NCBI RefSeq assembly: GCF_009914755.1
Contig: NC_060940.1
Source of the DNA: the human T2T-CHM13v2.0 reference genome, Homo sapiens
Length of the DNA stretch: 64,000 nucleotides
Strand: one strand, 5' to 3'
Shown here: positions 39,386-54,471 of the stretch, one piece after another
Layout: each line of letters begins with the position of its first letter
Numbering within the stretch: the first letter of the stretch is position 1
Notes under the pieces: model-generated
Told to the model about the DNA's origin: nothing
Seen by the model: the letters and a program-made list of their open reading frames with translations, nothing else
The model's database searches: none
Translations under genes and position numbers: made by a program

Positions 39386-40333
39386 ACTGTACATGTACCT
39401 TTCCCTTAAAGCCAGATTGATTCTAAGGCTGGGCAAGACCTATGAATTATATAATGCTGGATTCTATGATGTACTTGATATCCTAGGGAAAAATGATGAA
39501 GTTTTTCCCAACATTTGGGGTATGAGCCATGTGGGCTGACAGAATCATTTCAGAGTGAGAAATTGATATGACAAGATGGGATGGTTTTAGCATTCCCATT
39601 GGCCAAATTCTGTCCAAATCATGTTAGGACTGAAGAGATTAGGAAAGGTAATTTCAGCTAAACATCTTTTTCTTGAGCCTATTCTCTTCTTAATTTGTAT
39701 TATAAGTGTGTCAAACAAGACAAGCAATTTTCCAATTTATTTTGCAAACAGAATTACTGAGGGAGAGTGTTAAAATGTATAATATTAGGCCTCATAGAAA
39801 TATACTTTCACCCAATAGTGCTTGATCTTGATGCTGTTAGCACAAGAAATAGTGGAAAAGTCAAAGTTTAAGGCACCTTCCTGCTCAAGAATTCTATGGT
39901 TCAATAATTTTATTTCCCTTCCTATGGCAAGAGTATCTTGACCAGCAATGGTGAATCATACCCATGGAATTTTTCGAACAAGCCTAATTACACACATAGT
40001 CCTGTTGATTTCTTCTTCAAATAAAATGGATTTTCAGAGTCTTTTCTTTATTCATACTATGAAAAACATAAAGGGTCCAGAGGAAAGTAGTGGATTAGAT
40101 TAAAACCCTAAGACTTGGGGTTTTTAAGATTTTTATAGCTAGGTTTATTTCAACTCTGGTATATTAAACTATCATTTATTTTCCATTTACAATAAGCTAG
40201 ACACTGACATGGGTAATTCAGGGATAATAGAGCATTGCTCAGATCTGAAAGAACAACAGGGCTAGTTAACCCTGTAAAAGGTATAGCTGCATTAAAATCC
40301 AATACATATAAGTCATGAAAAAGTAATAATTCA

Positions 40334-40783
<450 letters not shown>

Positions 40784-41164
40784 TTAAGAAAAGACATTCA
40801 CATGATGGCACAGGGAATATTGATTGAATTTGGATAGATCAGAAATGATGTGTTTGGAGAGAACTGTATTTTGCATTAAATGATATGTACTAGGACTTGT
40901 GTATATGAATAAATGCTTCTGGAAAATCTGCAGGCTGGACCATCAAATAACCAAGTATCCAGCATCAGGCATGTCATTGACTGTAAGCAGTAAATTCCTG
41001 ACTCAGCAAGGAGTAGCTAGCTGGCTGGGATAAAGGGAAATAAGATTTCTGTAGCCAGGTGCAAGTAGATATATTGAAGGATGTCTATACAGCCAAAGTT
41101 TTGATGTCTTACCATAATTCACCTGTATGGAATGATGACATCCACATAAAAACAGAGAAGATGA

Positions 41165-41430
41165 TAGCTAGTATTGAGGGCCACTCTGTGGCAGGCATTG
41201 CTCTGAATGCTGTATACTTATTAACTAACTTGATTTTCAAAACTATATTGTGAGGCAAGTGCCATAATTGCTTCTGATTTGTTGCTATAAAAACTGGGTT
41301 TAAAGAAGCTAAGTGCTTTTTCGCAAGGCCACACAGCAAGGTCACACAGCTAGCAGCAGAACCAGATGTAACGTATGTTTATTTGGTGCCAAATTCCTTG
41401 TTCTTTGCCTTGACTATCCCACAATACTGC
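41165..41430. mobile_element. MIR
   Basis: 'tattgagggccactctgtggcaggcattgctct...aaggtcacacagctag'. Confidence 0.65.
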
Positions 41431-42104
41431 CTTCTAATAAGCAATGGAACCTTACACACTAAGCCTAGATACAGATGTTCAATGTGTTTACCATTTTTAA
41501 GATTCTCATCAATTCAGGGAAAGAAACCATGATATAAAAGAGAGCAAGCTAATTAATAGTTTTCTCATATCAGACAAAGACAGGACCATTAGAGTCTTCC
41601 ACTAGTACTCAGAATCACAGTACCCCTCCGAATGTTCCATCTATCATTTCACAGCATGAAAACAATCAAATTATAGTCATTGAAGGGAAGGTAAATACAG
41701 CTAAGAGATTGATGTTTTTTAAATGAGCGGAATTTGCTGAGCTAGTCTAGAGGAAGCTCCACATTATTAGAGAGTTGTAGCTGCAAAGAAGAAAAGGGTA
41801 GAAACCACACAAGTGTCCTAGGGGGAAGATGTCTTTAAACTAGGGGCAAACTGTTAAGCTCCAAGACTGAATGGCTTGTGTGGCTCAAAAAACTCACTCA
41901 GCCCCTACACACACACTATGGCTTTCAGGCAATGCAGCACACAGAATGATATGCTATTTTCCTGGATTTATTCATATAGTGGTCACTCACATAGCTTGAA
42001 CCATTGCTACTGTAAAAGAAAAAAAGAAAAGAAAAAACATTCTTCAAAATGTATGTTTCATGATATTTCTGTTAGCATGAATGTTAATACTATATTTGCT
42101 TATT

Positions 42105-42788
42105 GTTTTTATTATGGTAAGAACACTTAACATGAGTTCTATCCTCTTAACAAATCTTTGAGTGCACAGTACAATATTATTAACTATAGGCAAAATGTTG
42201 TACAGGAGATCTCTAAAACTGATTTGTCTTGTAAAACTGAAACTTTGTACCTTTTAATAGTAACTCCCCATTTCCTTCCCCTCCCAGTCCCTGGCAACTA
42301 CCATTCCGCTCTCTGTTCCTATGAGTTTGACTATTTCATTTCATTTTATTTTGAGGCAGGGTCTCACTGTTTCCTAAGTCTGCGTACAGTGGCAATAACA
42401 TGGCTCACTGAAACCTCGACCGCCTGGGCTCAAGTAATCCTCCTGCCTCAACCTCCTGTGTAACTGAGACCACAGATGTGCACCACCATGCCTGGCTAGT
42501 TTTTTGATTTTTTGTGAGAAGGAAGTCTTATTTTATTGCCCAGGCTGGTCTTGAACTACTAGCCTCAAGTGTTCCTTCTGCCTAGGCCTCCCAAAGGGCT
42601 GGGATTACAGGTGTGAATCATCATTCCTGGCCTGACTATTTTAGATAGCTCTCATATAAGTGGAATTACGCAGCTTTTGTCATTCTGTGTCTGGCTTATT
42701 AAATTTAGCATAATATCCACTAGGTTCATCTATATTTTTGCATATAGCAACATGTCCTCACCTTTTACAACTTTATAATATTCTACTG

Positions 42789-42829
<41 letters not shown>

Positions 42830-43270
42830 CTTTATCTATTTACCTGTCAATGAACATTTAGACCACTTCCCTATTTTGGCTATTGTGAATAATACCACAA
42901 TGTACACGAGAGTGCAGATGCATCTATGGGATCCTGTCTTCAGTTTTTGGGTGTATATACCCAGAAATTGGATCGCTGGATCATATGGTGGTTCTACTTT
43001 TAATTTTTTGAAGAATTTCCATACTGCTTTCCATAGTGGTTGTGCCATTTTAATTTCTTATTAACAGCATACAAGAGTTTCAACTTCTCTATATTTTCAC
43101 CAACATCTTTTCATAATGCTCATCCTAACAAATGTGAGTTGAAGTCTTATTGCTGTTTTGATTTCCACTTTTTAATCATTACTGATGTTGAACATCTTTC
43201 CATATAATGATTGGTCATTTATATGTCTTTTTTAGAGAAATGTCTACTGAAGTCTTTCAGCCACTTTTAA
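42105..43270 (-). mobile_element. L1MB 3' end containing an AluJ and (CA)n at 42792-42826
   Basis: 'aagaacacttaacatgag', 'gctggatcatatggtggttctacttttaat'. Confidence 0.88.
42337..42632 (-). mobile_element. AluJ
   Basis: Diverged antisense Alu; TSD tgactattt. Confidence 0.9.
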
Positions 43271-45935
43271 AAATCAGGAATGTTACTACTCTAAACAAAA
43301 CAAAACAAAACAAAACAAAACTTTACAAAGATAATAGAGAGAGCAAGGAGAATCTGTGGATAGCAGATTGATTGTGTCATATTCAATATCGTTGTCACAT
43401 TCCAGGAATCCTTTATGGATTCAAATGAATGAAAATCTGACATCTGGTCAGATGCCTCTATTTTACAGTTGGAGAGAGATCACAGAAAATATATAACTTG
43501 GTCAAATCATTGAGAAAATTGGTGACTGTCTCGATTAAAATCTATATTTCCTAAATCTCCTTCAATGATATTATTGACATAGCAGGAGCTGGTCCAGTTC
43601 TTTTCCAAGTTGTATTTAGAAACTTTCTATAAGTAATGCTCAATAAATAATTCAGATATCAGTTTAGGTCAGTCTTTTGATTTTCAGCTAAAATAGAATA
43701 ATCTTACCATCTTAAATTCAGAGGCAGATTCAAGTTCCTGCCCCCCAACTCTGACCATTTATGGATTTGATTGAACTTTTCCCTCATATTATTGCCTCCA
43801 ATTTATTCCTTCAACTGAATTTTTCATTTATTTTGGACCTGCTGTCCCATTTCCAACACTGCATTAGCACTCAGAAAAGCAAGTCTATTTATTACAGCAA
43901 ATAATTCTGCTGTTGGGCTCTCCGTGTATACAGAATTTTTAAAAGAGTTTCTACTTAAATCACAAGACAAAAAATATAAGCCACAAAATATTAGACATTC
44001 CTGTTTCAAATTCCTGTTTTGAGACCACTTGCCCTGGACAATTTTCACTGGCCACCTAGCCTTACTGGCTTCAGACTTGAACATACCAATTTGCTTCCTC
44101 TTTTCTCAAGTTCCTCTTCTCCTGTCTTTCTCCTTTCTATACAAAGTACTGAATCCCACTATTTTCTCATGCACATAGTTTTTTTGTTTTGTTTCTATAA
44201 TTTTTATATCTTTTTCTAGCTTATGCCCTAGGTACTCCATTTTCAATGGTAAATTGCTTTAACTAGGTAGTTTCCTTAAACTGAGGAACTCTACTACCAT
44301 TTTTGTCAATGCAATATCACAGTGTTATCCTATTTATGATGTACCAGTCAAGTTTTGGCTACAATAATCCTCTTTTATTTGATATAATGTAGATTTCCAA
44401 GAAGGGTTTACTTCCATCATGTTGCTCTAACTTCTCTATTTACATAAATCATAAATCATATGTTCATCTATTTTTATTCACTCCAAACAGCATGAGCCTT
44501 ATGAAAGATGGAAGCCAGAAAGTTGCACCCAAGAAAAGACAATTGATATGACCAGGGGAACTGAGAATACAGGTAAGCTAGGTGCCACAGTGAAATGGAG
44601 GAAGAAAGTCATCAGATGCCATATGCCTTGATATGCCTCTTTGTAGACATGCCTCAGATGTCATGGCCCAGATAAAAGATGTGAATGAAGCATCACTGAA
44701 AACTCTCAATTAAAAAAAAATCTCTTTTATCTAAGAAATTGAATAAAGAAGCTCTTTAGTACTCTTTATCTTAATAAGCTTAATTGATACATGCCAATGC
44801 TAGATGCAAAGATAACCATTGAGAGATATGATGTCTAAAACTAGTGTTTCCTTTTTTCATGCCTATCACCTGGACATAGAGGCTGACTTAGGTCACTTTG
44901 CTTATGGGACAGAACGCAGAAGAAGAAATGCATAAAATCTATATCGATTGATGTACCCCACACTATCCTATTCAGTGATTTATTTGTATCTCCTAAGTAC
45001 AAAGTGTCCACCCTCAACAGATTGGCATCAGCCTGTTATAGTTCAAAGGCCAGACCTGGAATATCATGATATGATAGTTAATTTTATTTTCTACCTCCAC
45101 CTTCCTAAAGTTCTTCAAAACCAGAAAATAAAAATGAATCCAGAATACCAAAGATAAATAGGGCAAGATGAGAAGAGTGTACAAGTTGCAAAGTCAAGAC
45201 TGTATGAAACATGAAATTGTGAGGAAGAAAAAATAGGAACCTGACCAAGTATGCTATTGGCTTCTGCTACAATATGAAGTTTGTGATTTGAGGACATAGG
45301 CACTGTGTTGGATGTTGTGGAAGATGCACAAAGTATTTAAAATTAGTATCTTTAGAAATTTTTCTTCTACTTAGAATGAATGTATTTTTTTCTTATTTCA
45401 AGAGAATATTATTTTTCCATGTTTGATGAGAAATAATTCTTGTGATACAGATCCTCAATAGATTATATAAACTACTATTTTCTTCTATCTGTTCTATGTT
45501 CCTATTTAAAGCAGAATAATTTTAACAGTATTACAAATATTTATGTTTATGTAACATCTCAAGTAATATAAAAAGAAAGATGAAAGCAACAGATAGCACC
45601 AAATACTGGGACCCAGAAATTATTTGATTGATATTTTGATGATAACATCGTAAGTCAGTCATTAAACATATCTCTCTCTATATGTATAGACAGAGAGATT
45701 AATGAAAGGAAGAATGGATGGATGGATGGATGGAAATATATGTAAAGATAATTAGAAGGAAAAACAAGAAAGAAAAAGATGCCTGGATGATTATAAACAT
45801 GACTAGGTAATATCTGTAAACAAACTATTTCTATTAGTACTGATATGTTAAATAAATTTATTTCTTCTATTTGAATTTAAGATAAAAAGAAACTTAAGAA
45901 AAACTGAAATAATTGCTACATTTCAGAATGTTTTC

Positions 45936-46268
45936 AGCTGGGCACAGTGTCTTACGCCTGTAATACCAGCAAGTTGGGAAGCCAAGTCAGGAAATCACTT
46001 GAAGCCAGGAGTTCAAAACCAACCTGGGCCACATATCAATACCTTGTCTCTATAAAAAAATTTAAAAAATACCTGGGTGTGGTGACACATCCCTGAAGTT
46101 CTAGCCACTCAGGAGGCTGAGGAGGGAATTGCTTGAGCCCAGGAGTTGGGGGTTACAGTGAGCTATGATCATGCCACTGCACTCCAGCCTGGGAGACAGA
46201 CAGAGAGTGAGAGACAGAAAGAAAGAGAGAGAGAGAGAGAGAGAGACACATTGTCTCAGAAAAAAAAG
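45936..46268 (+). mobile_element. AluJ with a (GA)n expansion before the tail
   Basis: 'gcttgagcccaggagtt'; (GA)n at 46195-46246. Confidence 0.88.
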
Positions 46269-46744
46269 GATTTTTTTCATATCAGGGAGTATAATTTATT
46301 AAAAGATCAATTTGAAATTAAGAAAATACATTATTAAAATCATTAAGAGGTTAGAGTCATTATTTTACCCACACTTTTAAGGCAGTATGGATTGACTTCC
46401 TTTTACGCAAATAAGATAATTAGCACTCTGAAACTTTTTACCCACATCCCCATTTTTTATTGCTAATTATATTAGTGTTACTTTGTTAAGGATTACAGAA
46501 AGTACATTCTGTTCTGAATCGATAATTTCCTATTGTTGAGACTTAGTTTTATAAATAGACTAAATGAATGCCAGTTTTTATTGTGAAACAATTTGTAAGA
46601 GGCACAAAAGAAGAGGATAGTATAGGAAATCCAGGATTAATTTGAAACAAAACCAGTACATCATGCCAAGTTTGATATATTAATATATCCTACTTGGGAA
46701 TTAGAAAGTAGTTACAAAATCTTAGAGTCTGTAAATGGTAGGAA

Positions 46745-46930
46745 CTAGGAGAGGTTTTGCCCTGTAGGGGAAACTGGACTATGAGTTGTCACAACGGGAG
46801 GTGCAGTGCCATTGGCATCTAGAGGGTAGATGTAGTGTTGCTGCTAAACGTCCTAAAATGTGATGGACAACACTCCACAATAAAAAACTTTCTGGCCCCA
46901 AATGTCAATGTTGCGAAGCCAAAAACTCTG
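46745..46930 (+). mobile_element. MER20 hAT MITE
   Basis: 'gttgtcacaac...ggcatctagagggtaga...gctgctaaac...ggccccaaatgtcaat'. Confidence 0.75.
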
Positions 46931-48377
46931 TTGTAATCCGATTCACCGCTCAAAGCACAGATTTCCATGAAACTTTCTGACTCTAGTGTTTTCCAGTCTA
47001 CTTGATCACCTCCGTCTTTTCCTCTTGGTTTCTAAGGCTCCTTACCATCCTCATTAAGACATCTTGTTCCATGTCTTTTGAATGCCTGACAAGTTTGGCT
47101 CAAACCTCCAGAGTGGACATTTTCGTCATGTTACATAGATTTTTTTCTCCAAATTAATTTCTGGAAAGCTATATTTAAAGTTCCTGAGCCAGGTGGACCC
47201 AGATAAGAATTATCCTTCTGGAAGACCTTTGATCAAGACTCCAGTTTCTGCTGCCTGTTTGTCTTACTATTAAATACCACAAACCTAGCTGCCTGCACTT
47301 CCCTGATGGCATATTATTGTCTTTTGTATAATGCATAACCCTTGAAAATGTTCAAAACTTTTAAAAACATATTTGTGCATTATAGTGACAAAAATATACC
47401 TGGATTAATATGTTTATATTTATTTCACTTGACTATTCAACAAATAACATTTATCAATAGTTTCTCATTGTTGCTAAAAATAGATGTTAGCAAAATTAAT
47501 AAACATATTAAGAAAGAATGTGATAGCTTTGTTTTTAGTGTCCTCAAATGAGCACTTTTCAATGGTAGTTCTAAGAAATCAGTAGTTGCTTATGCACATT
47601 TAGGAGCATTCATATGGAGGCACTATTTGAAAAATAAGAGCAAGTTAAAAATCAATACAGAAAGACTGAAAAGTATGATATTTATGTAGATAATGATTCA
47701 GGATAATTGAACAAGATTGTTTTAAGACACAGAATATATGGTAAGTGTTTTCAGAGTGGGCTCCAAAGTTATAATTCCTTAACACAAATTTCACACTATC
47801 ACTTGCTTCAATTGTTTTATCTGTAAAATGGGTGTGCTAAAAAAGCAGCTGAATCAAAGTGTTTTGCTGAGAATTATTTTAGGTAATTAGGTCAACCACA
47901 TAGTACAGATTTTGCTATGTAGTAATCAGCCAATAAATATTATCAACGGTTACTATCAGTAATCATTCTTATAATCTAATCTTATCACACACACACTTTT
48001 ATTTTCAGATGAGCTTCAAGCCATCGTGCCCAGCCGGGAGAGATCTCTTTTCCCCCCAAATTACTCCCTTTATATTTACCAAGTGTTTATATTTATTTAT
48101 GCCAAGCTCCTCTTCTCCTCTTTATAGAACTCAAATAGAAGAAATCATTTTTATTCATTCTTCATCAATTCATTAATTTAGTGTGCATTTATTAATCCAT
48201 TCTAGAATGTATTTAATGTATGCACCAACTACTACATGGCAGGAATTTATGCTAGACTCTCCAGGTACAAAGGTGAAAAGCTATAAGATTCTACTCCTCA
48301 AGGAGCAAATAAGCAACTAAGACAATAGCTCTCTTGAAGCAGTAGAGACATAGTAGAAGGTACTAAAATATATATAC

Positions 48378-48723
48378 TTTAAAATTTTCCATAAGTTATT
48401 GGGGGTACAGGTGGTATCTGGTTACATGAGTAAGGTCTTTAGTGGTGATTTGTGAGATTTTGGTGCACCCATCACCTGAACAGTATACACTGCACTATAT
48501 TTGTGGTCTTTTATCACTCATCCCCCTCCCACTTTCCCCCCAAAGTCGCCAAAGTCCATTGTATCATTCTTATGCCTTTGCATCCTCATAGCTTAGCTCC
48601 CACATATCAGTGAGAACATACGATGTTTGGTTTTCCATTCCTGAGTTACTTCACTTAGAATAATAGTCTCCAGTCTCATCCAGGTCACTGCAAATGCTGT
48701 TAATTCATTCCTTTTTATGGCTG

Positions 48724-48766
<43 letters not shown>

Positions 48767-48988
48767 CACAGTTTATCCACTTGTTGATTGAAGGGCATTT
48801 GGATTGGTTCCACGATTTTGCAATTGTAAATTTTGCTGCTATAAGCAAGTGTGTGTAAGTGTCTTTTTCGAATAATGACTTCTTTTCCCCTGGGTAGATA
48901 CCCAGTAGTGGGATTGCTGGATCAAATGGTAGTTTTACCTTTAGTTCTTTAAGGAATCTCCACACTGTTTTCCATAGTGACTGTACTA
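48378..48988 (-). mobile_element. L1PB1-like 3' end with (TA)n at 48726-48764
   Basis: 'ccataagttattgggggtacaggtggt...ttggtgcacccatcacc'...'ttctttaaggaatctccacactgtt'. Confidence 0.9.
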
Positions 48989-51365
48989 GAATATTTTTGT
49001 GGGGGAGTGAATGGAGGCTTTAAAATGGGAGGAGTAGTTCAACTGATGCTCAGTCTCTTACTGAGATTGTGCTAGTGAACCAAACAGAAGGGGCCATTCT
49101 AAACAGGTGAAGTAGCATATAGACCATCGAGATGACATGGGGAATTCTGAAGACCACCTGATGTTCCAGAAAGTCCTGTTTCAAATCCCTTTCTCACAAA
49201 AGTCTGTGCAAATGTGCTTGACGTCTGTTATTCCAAATGTCTCCATGACACCTACATCCTGGTTTTACAACAAAGAAAACACTTGTTCTTAGTCCAAATA
49301 GAAAATGGAACCCTCTCAGTCAACTCTAAAGAACAGGAAAACCATGTTTCTATATATACCAAAACATAATAAAACAAAACAACTTTTAGAGATTGTGTCT
49401 CCATGCCTACTTCTATTGCTACTTGTAGAAATTGCAGGAAGGAAATTCCTGCTGCCTCCAGCCAATAGTTGACATCTCTGCTCCACCCATAACTGATAGT
49501 AATTGAATCACTGTGGTATCCCATGCTTGGAATGTCAGTAAAGGTGTGGCCAATAGTGATTTTCTACTTTTAAAAAATAACATAAACTTTTCAGATCTGC
49601 AGAAATCATTAATCAGATCCTAACAAAGAAATTATCGGAGTCAATGTGCTGAAAATTAAAGCAACCATGTCCTCACTCTCTGTTTGTCTGTATTTCAAGG
49701 CTTGGATGTCAGCCCTGTCAACAACTATTCAGTATGGCAAGAAGAGGGTGGCATTAACTAGGTTGCTGAAAGCAGGATGCTAATCCAAGCTAGATCTACC
49801 TTGCTATGATGCATAGAGTTCCTCTATAAAAGGCATCCTTTTGTTAAAGTGTTAGAATTATTTTCTTATTTAAATGAATAATAATTGGTAATTTTAATTT
49901 TGTTTGCAGCAAAACTTTAAGAGATAAATATATATATTGGTCTTTAGATGAGGGTGTTCATTAGATACTTACATTGAAACTCAATTTCTTTAGGATCTTT
50001 CTAGACCAGAAATATATTGGACACAGGGTACTGGGAATATTCCAGAATTTCTGGAGTATAAAGCATAAGAGAGGAAATTCAAGGGGATTGGAATGGAGGG
50101 AGAAATAAGAACCACATTTTGAAGTCTCTGGCACAGCCATCCAAGGAGTTGAGGTTCTTTCCTTTAGTCAACAGGCAGCCTCAGAATAAACTTCAGCAAG
50201 ATAATTATTTGATTGGTTGTATTTATTATAGATTTTTTTTTTTTTTGGTGGGAGGGTTTTAGTGGATGAGACTGAAAAAAGAGATGATTTATGAAAGCTT
50301 TTTCCATAGTTTACATGTGGCAGCATGAACAAAGTCACAGGCAGGTGAGTCAGAAAGTGGACACAGAACATACAGAAAAGGTAGGATGCAGATAAATTTA
50401 TGACTGGGTAGAGATGAGGTTTAAAATAGAAAATAATGTGAGCGGTATTCCTCTAGATGAAAAAGCTATACTGTTCTCTGCATCCAAATGCTCTCCCCAC
50501 TATTGCAGAAAATATTCAGTGATTGCTCACAATGCCTGTTTCCCCTTTATACCCACACACAAACAGCACCTGCATGATTATTTATGTCTCCACATCTGGA
50601 GAACTAATTTGTTTGTGGACGGTTCCAGTTCCACAGAGCAGTTAGCTATCACTCAGTTCATTCAACCCTGATAATTAAATTAAATATCTACCAACATGAA
50701 AGAGACAGCAGAAACTTACCAACAATACCAAAAAGTTTACCTGGTCCCTCAAGAAAGCTGCATTGCATTATAATGGAGACTGATAACATATTCCGTAGTG
50801 GAGAGATGGTCAGTTTAATATTCCACTCATTTTAATGTGTCTGTGGTGTAGTTTAGCAGAGTATGGTCTCACAAGTGAAGTAACACATTGGCGGCTCAAT
50901 ATAATAGGACAGACATTACTATGGAGTTCAATATTACACGGGCATGACCTTACTGAAGGAGATTTAATTACTTAAAATATCAGAAGGATGAGGATGACAC
51001 TATAACAATATCACTGCAAAGGTCTTTAGAAAGAAGTGCTTGAGTGTCATGGATTCTGATTTCCACAAATTCATTTGTTTTATTATTTTTATTTCTGCAT
51101 TCGTTTTCTTAGTTAAGGACATCATCATCATTTTTGCACATTCTACAAGTCTTAGAATCACTCCTCTTAAATATTTTTTCCTCTCTGTTTCACTGAAAAT
51201 AATGCATATACATTTAAAATAATAATAATAAGCAATCAAAAATAGTCTGCTTCCCATCCCTAGATCATGAGATATGTCTCTTTCTCTCTCCACAAGTGAA
51301 CACTATCCCAGTCCATTGACTATCCTTCCTGTGATAAGACAATCCTAAGAGCATGTTTATTTGTG

Positions 51366-51398
51366 CATGTGTGTGTGTGTGTGTGCGTGCGTGCGTGC
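51366..51398. repeat. (TG)n(CGTG)n alternating purine-pyrimidine repeat
   Basis: Directly visible. Confidence 0.85.
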
Positions 51399-51609
51399 AT
51401 TTGTCTGCCAAACTCTGTGTCTTTTTAATACATTAGCATATCTTACCTTTATATTAATACACTTTCTTATTTAATGCATCTTGGAAAGTATTTCATGTGA
51501 GCCAGTATGGATTGATTATGCAACACATCTATATGGTTTTTATTGTAGAGATGCACCATGACTTATTTAATGAATATTCTATTGATGGCTACTCAGGTTG
51601 TTTACAGTC

Positions 51610-52005
51610 TGTTTCAGACTGAATCATGTATTCTCAAAATTTATATTTTAAATCTGTAAACCCCAGAAAATTCAGTGCCTCAGAATGTCACTATATTTGG
51701 GAGATAGGATCCTTAAAGTGTTGATTAAGCTAAAATGAGGCCATTTGTGTGGGCTGTAACCCAGTCTATCTAGGCTCCTTGTAGAAGGAGGAAATTTGGA
51801 CAAAAAGAGCCATTAGGATGCCTGTGCACAGGGGAAGGACCATGGGAAGACATAGAGAAAAGGCACTATCTGCAAGCCAAAGATAGGCTTAGAAGAAACC
51901 AGACCCACGAACACCTTGGTCTTGGCCTTCCGGGCTCTACAAACGTGAAAAAAAATTAATTTCTGTTGCCACTCCGTTGGTGATTTTTTTTGTTATGAAA
52001 GCCTT
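51610..52005 (+). mobile_element. MLT1 (MaLR) LTR
   Basis: 'cctcagaatgtcactatatttgggagatagg', 'ctgcaagccaa', 'accttggtcttgg'. Confidence 0.8.
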
Positions 52006-52066
52006 TTTTCTATGTGTATCACCATATTGATACACAGTCTCTTGTCTTTACAGCAAAACAGAAACT

Positions 52067-52370
52067 GGCCAGGCACGGTGGCTCATGCCTGTAATCTCAG
52101 CACTTTGGGAGGCCAAGGCAGGTGGATCACTTGTGGTCAGGAGTTCGAGATCAGCCTGGTCCACATAGTGAAAGCCCATCTCTACTAAAAATACAAAAAT
52201 TAGCCTGGTGTGGTGGGGCAGGCCTGTATTCCTAGCTACTTGGGAGGCTGAGGCTGGAGAATCAATTGAGCCTGAGAGATGGAGATTGCAGTGAGCCGAG
52301 ATTGTGACTGGAAAATGCTCCAGTCTGGGGGATAAGAGAGAGGCTCTGTCTCAAAACAAACAAACAAACA
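52067..52370 (+). mobile_element. AluS
   Basis: Full-length Alu with an (AAAC)n tail. Confidence 0.9.
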
Positions 52371-54471
52371 GATATTTGTAATCTAGATGAGGTTATTACA
52401 ATTATTTCTATAGATTATAGTCTGTCAAAATGAATGTCGATGCTTATCACACTTTCACTGAATAGTATTACTTTTATACAAAAGATATCTTCCTCTTTGG
52501 TTGAAATATTACATTTTTAAATTTTGACTTAGTCTAAATATCTTTTCATCTGTTTACAACAACATAAGTGGACATGGTCTCCTTATCTTCCTATTGAATC
52601 TTTATTTTTCTGCAAGGTTGTCTTTCAAAAACAAATCTTAAATTCTGATTTAGCCATATCAGTCTTTGTTTAGTGATTTGTTTGTTTAGGAATTTGTTTC
52701 ATTTGTTTCTTATTTAGAAATGTCTTCTCTGTTTATAATTTTGGAGCATTATTTACAATTATATTACTACTATTCAGATTTGTATTTAAAATAAATCCAT
52801 GATCAATTTGATTATATTTGATAGAACTGAAATACATATATGTATTATTCACATATATGCATACATTATATATGCATATTTATATATAATATATATTATT
52901 CATGTTGTTATCTAAGGATATGAGTTTTTCCCTCATATTTTTCCAATAATTCTCACTATTCCTGCTTGCTTATAATTTAGAATCAACTAGAGTCTATTTC
53001 TAAGTATCAAGTTCTACTTACAACTTACTCTACAATTGTGTATAATTTTTAGATTAACTTAAGGATAACTGACTTCTTTAACATATTAAGTTTTACCCCA
53101 AAATAATGACTAACTTTTTATAGACACGTGTTTTTTTTCTCATCATATAGATCTCACACATTTTAAAAGATTACTCATAGGTATATTACATTTTCATGGA
53201 AGATTAAATAGAATGTCTTTATTCTCACTCTATTATTCTTTTTAAGAAACTTGGATTTTTTATGGTGATTTTGCAGTTAGTCATCTAATTCTATTGAATT
53301 ATCAGTGCTCCTTTTTTCAGTTGGTTCTCTTGGATTTATTAAATATGGCACTAAAAGTTAACTTTCTTCATCCTTGTCTCATCCTCTCTCTTTTTTCCCA
53401 TTTCTTTTCAATTCACTCTAGGTTCTGTACCATCTACTTTGTCTCACCTTATATTTTGTAGCTTCAATTTCTGTAAGCTCCAATATTCTGAGACCCTTAT
53501 GTTTCTGTTCTGCCTAGAAAAGTTGCTTGCTAGTATTTAATAATCCCAAATCTCATCATCCTGAATCTCATTTAATCCTGAATAAAAGCACCAGCAGATC
53601 TCTATTTCTGCCCTGCACTGTATACAGATGCAGAAGACATTGGGGGCCTATCACTTCTATCAAATCCACAGGAAGATAAAAATGGTAAGAGGACAGTGTT
53701 TTCTTTGGGGGAGGGTTGTTTAAACAGGGTTTAAAGAAATTCTTTTTGATCATTCCCTTGGAGCTAAAATGTATTCCTGGGAAATTCAAAGGGCTCCATT
53801 AGTGGGATAGTCTATTTCAATTGTAACCCACATTCTTAGCCAATGGTCTTTCTTGATCAAGCACAACTGAAAACTCCAAAAGGAGACATTAGGCAGTAAA
53901 CAACCTTGATTTTGTCTCCTTTCTCAACCTTTAAATGACTGTCGTTCCTCAGCTCTAAGAGGTTGTATGATCCAATTACGAAAATGGAAAAAGACTGCTT
54001 TTATGCAAAAGCGTGAGAAAGTTAATTGAAATCAATCCAGGTTCAGTGAAAATGCTACAGACATCACTGATAATTTAGAGCAATTAAAAGATGTTGTCCT
54101 GAAGCAAGGCAGAAACATTAAGTTTAAAAGCCTGTTAAAGGAAAATTACTGAAAATATTTAAATGATACTATTCACCTAAGAAGGACTAGGGACATCTAA
54201 ACCAATTAGAAATTATAAGGTATTTCATTAGTCAGAAGCTGTGTTCTTAAATCTATTGAGATGAGAATTTTTCACCTTGTATTCTTTGTTATTGCAAAGT
54301 AATCTGTTAAAAACAAAGCATTAACCCCAGTTTTGGGAACATTCTTCATGAAAATAGCTGTTGCAGCTCCATGATTAGAGAAAAGTTTCTCCATCTATGA
54401 AACAAGGGTGTTTTAATTAGAACAGTGGTTTGCAAGCTTTATTATTCAAAGGTCTAAATGTTCTAGGAGAT

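Noticed and set aside
50300-50350. Consensus donor CAG|GTGAGT at 50345 (also ATG|GTAAGT at 47741)
   Set aside because: No convincing paired acceptor, and isolated donors are expected by chance in 64 kb.
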